Source of the DNA: Mobula hypostoma
Taxonomy: Eukaryota
Assembly (NCBI RefSeq): GCF_963921235.1
Contig: NC_086097.1
Span: 19,160,001-19,224,000, forward strand
DNA length: 64,000 nucleotides
Direction: 5' to 3'
Shown: positions 63,535-64,000 of the stretch, piece by piece
How positions within the stretch are numbered: the stretch's first letter is position 1
Layout: every line of letters begins with the position of its first letter
Notes under the pieces: model-generated
What the model was told of the DNA's origin: nothing
What the model saw: the letters and a program-made list of their open reading frames with translations, nothing else
The model's database searches: none
Translations under genes and position numbers: made by a program

Positions 63535-64000
63535 TTGGTTTTGGTATTGGTTTATTATTGTCATATGTACAGTGAGAAGCCTGCCTAACATACTGTTTAC
63601 ACAGATCAAATCATGGCACAGTGCATTGGGGTGGAATAAAGTAAAACAGAATAAAGTGCAAAAGCTACAGAGAAAGTGCGGGGCAAGTAAAAGATCAGGT
63701 GCCAGTTCATAATCTGGTGGATTGGAAGGCAAGGGATCCGTTCAAGAGTCCGATAACAGTTGGAGGATCCTGGTGCTGCATTCAGGCTTTTGTATCTTCT
63801 GCCCAATGGGAGAGAGGATAAAAGAGAATTTCGGGGGTAGGTGAGATGTTTCATTATGCTGGCTGCTTTACTGAGGCACTGAGGAGCATAGATGGAGACC
63901 ATGGAGGGGAGGCTGGCTTCTGGGATGTGCGGCGCTGTGATAACCCCCTATAGTTTCCTCCGGTCATGTGCAGAGCAGCTGCCATTCCCAGCCGTTATGG
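63535..64000 (-). mobile_element. Rex1/Babar-like 3' fragment
   Basis: CLSKAASIMKH...LPLGRRYKSL; (ACCAAT)n-like tail. Confidence 0.65.

Overview
This is eukaryotic, repeat-dominated vertebrate DNA. Its transposable-element content (CR1, Rex1/Babar, Penelope-like elements [PLEs], V-SINE-like SINEs, L2, Tc1) suggests a cartilaginous fish, probably a ray; that is an inference. The only recognisable host coding sequence is the last coding exon of a SynDIG/dispanin (CD225) family gene, most likely SYNDIG1L (7404-7562, +), followed by a 3'UTR with AATAAA signals. The rest is intronic or intergenic, and almost all long ORFs are LINE, PLE or Gypsy fragments or low-complexity artefacts. I found no novel protein-coding system. 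The most interesting signals are three. (1) PLE terminal repeats carry minimal hammerhead-ribozyme motifs (CUGANGA...GAAACGUH), and several short ORF-less fold-back PLE derivatives are inserted with 13-15 bp target-site duplications (TSDs). (2) A Gypsy 5'LTR-PBS-gag fragment is bracketed by an anomalous 45-bp direct duplication. (3) Several nested insertions have readable TSDs. Element boundaries without a TSD or terminal inverted repeat (TIR) are approximate, and family names come from recognising motifs by eye, not from database searches.
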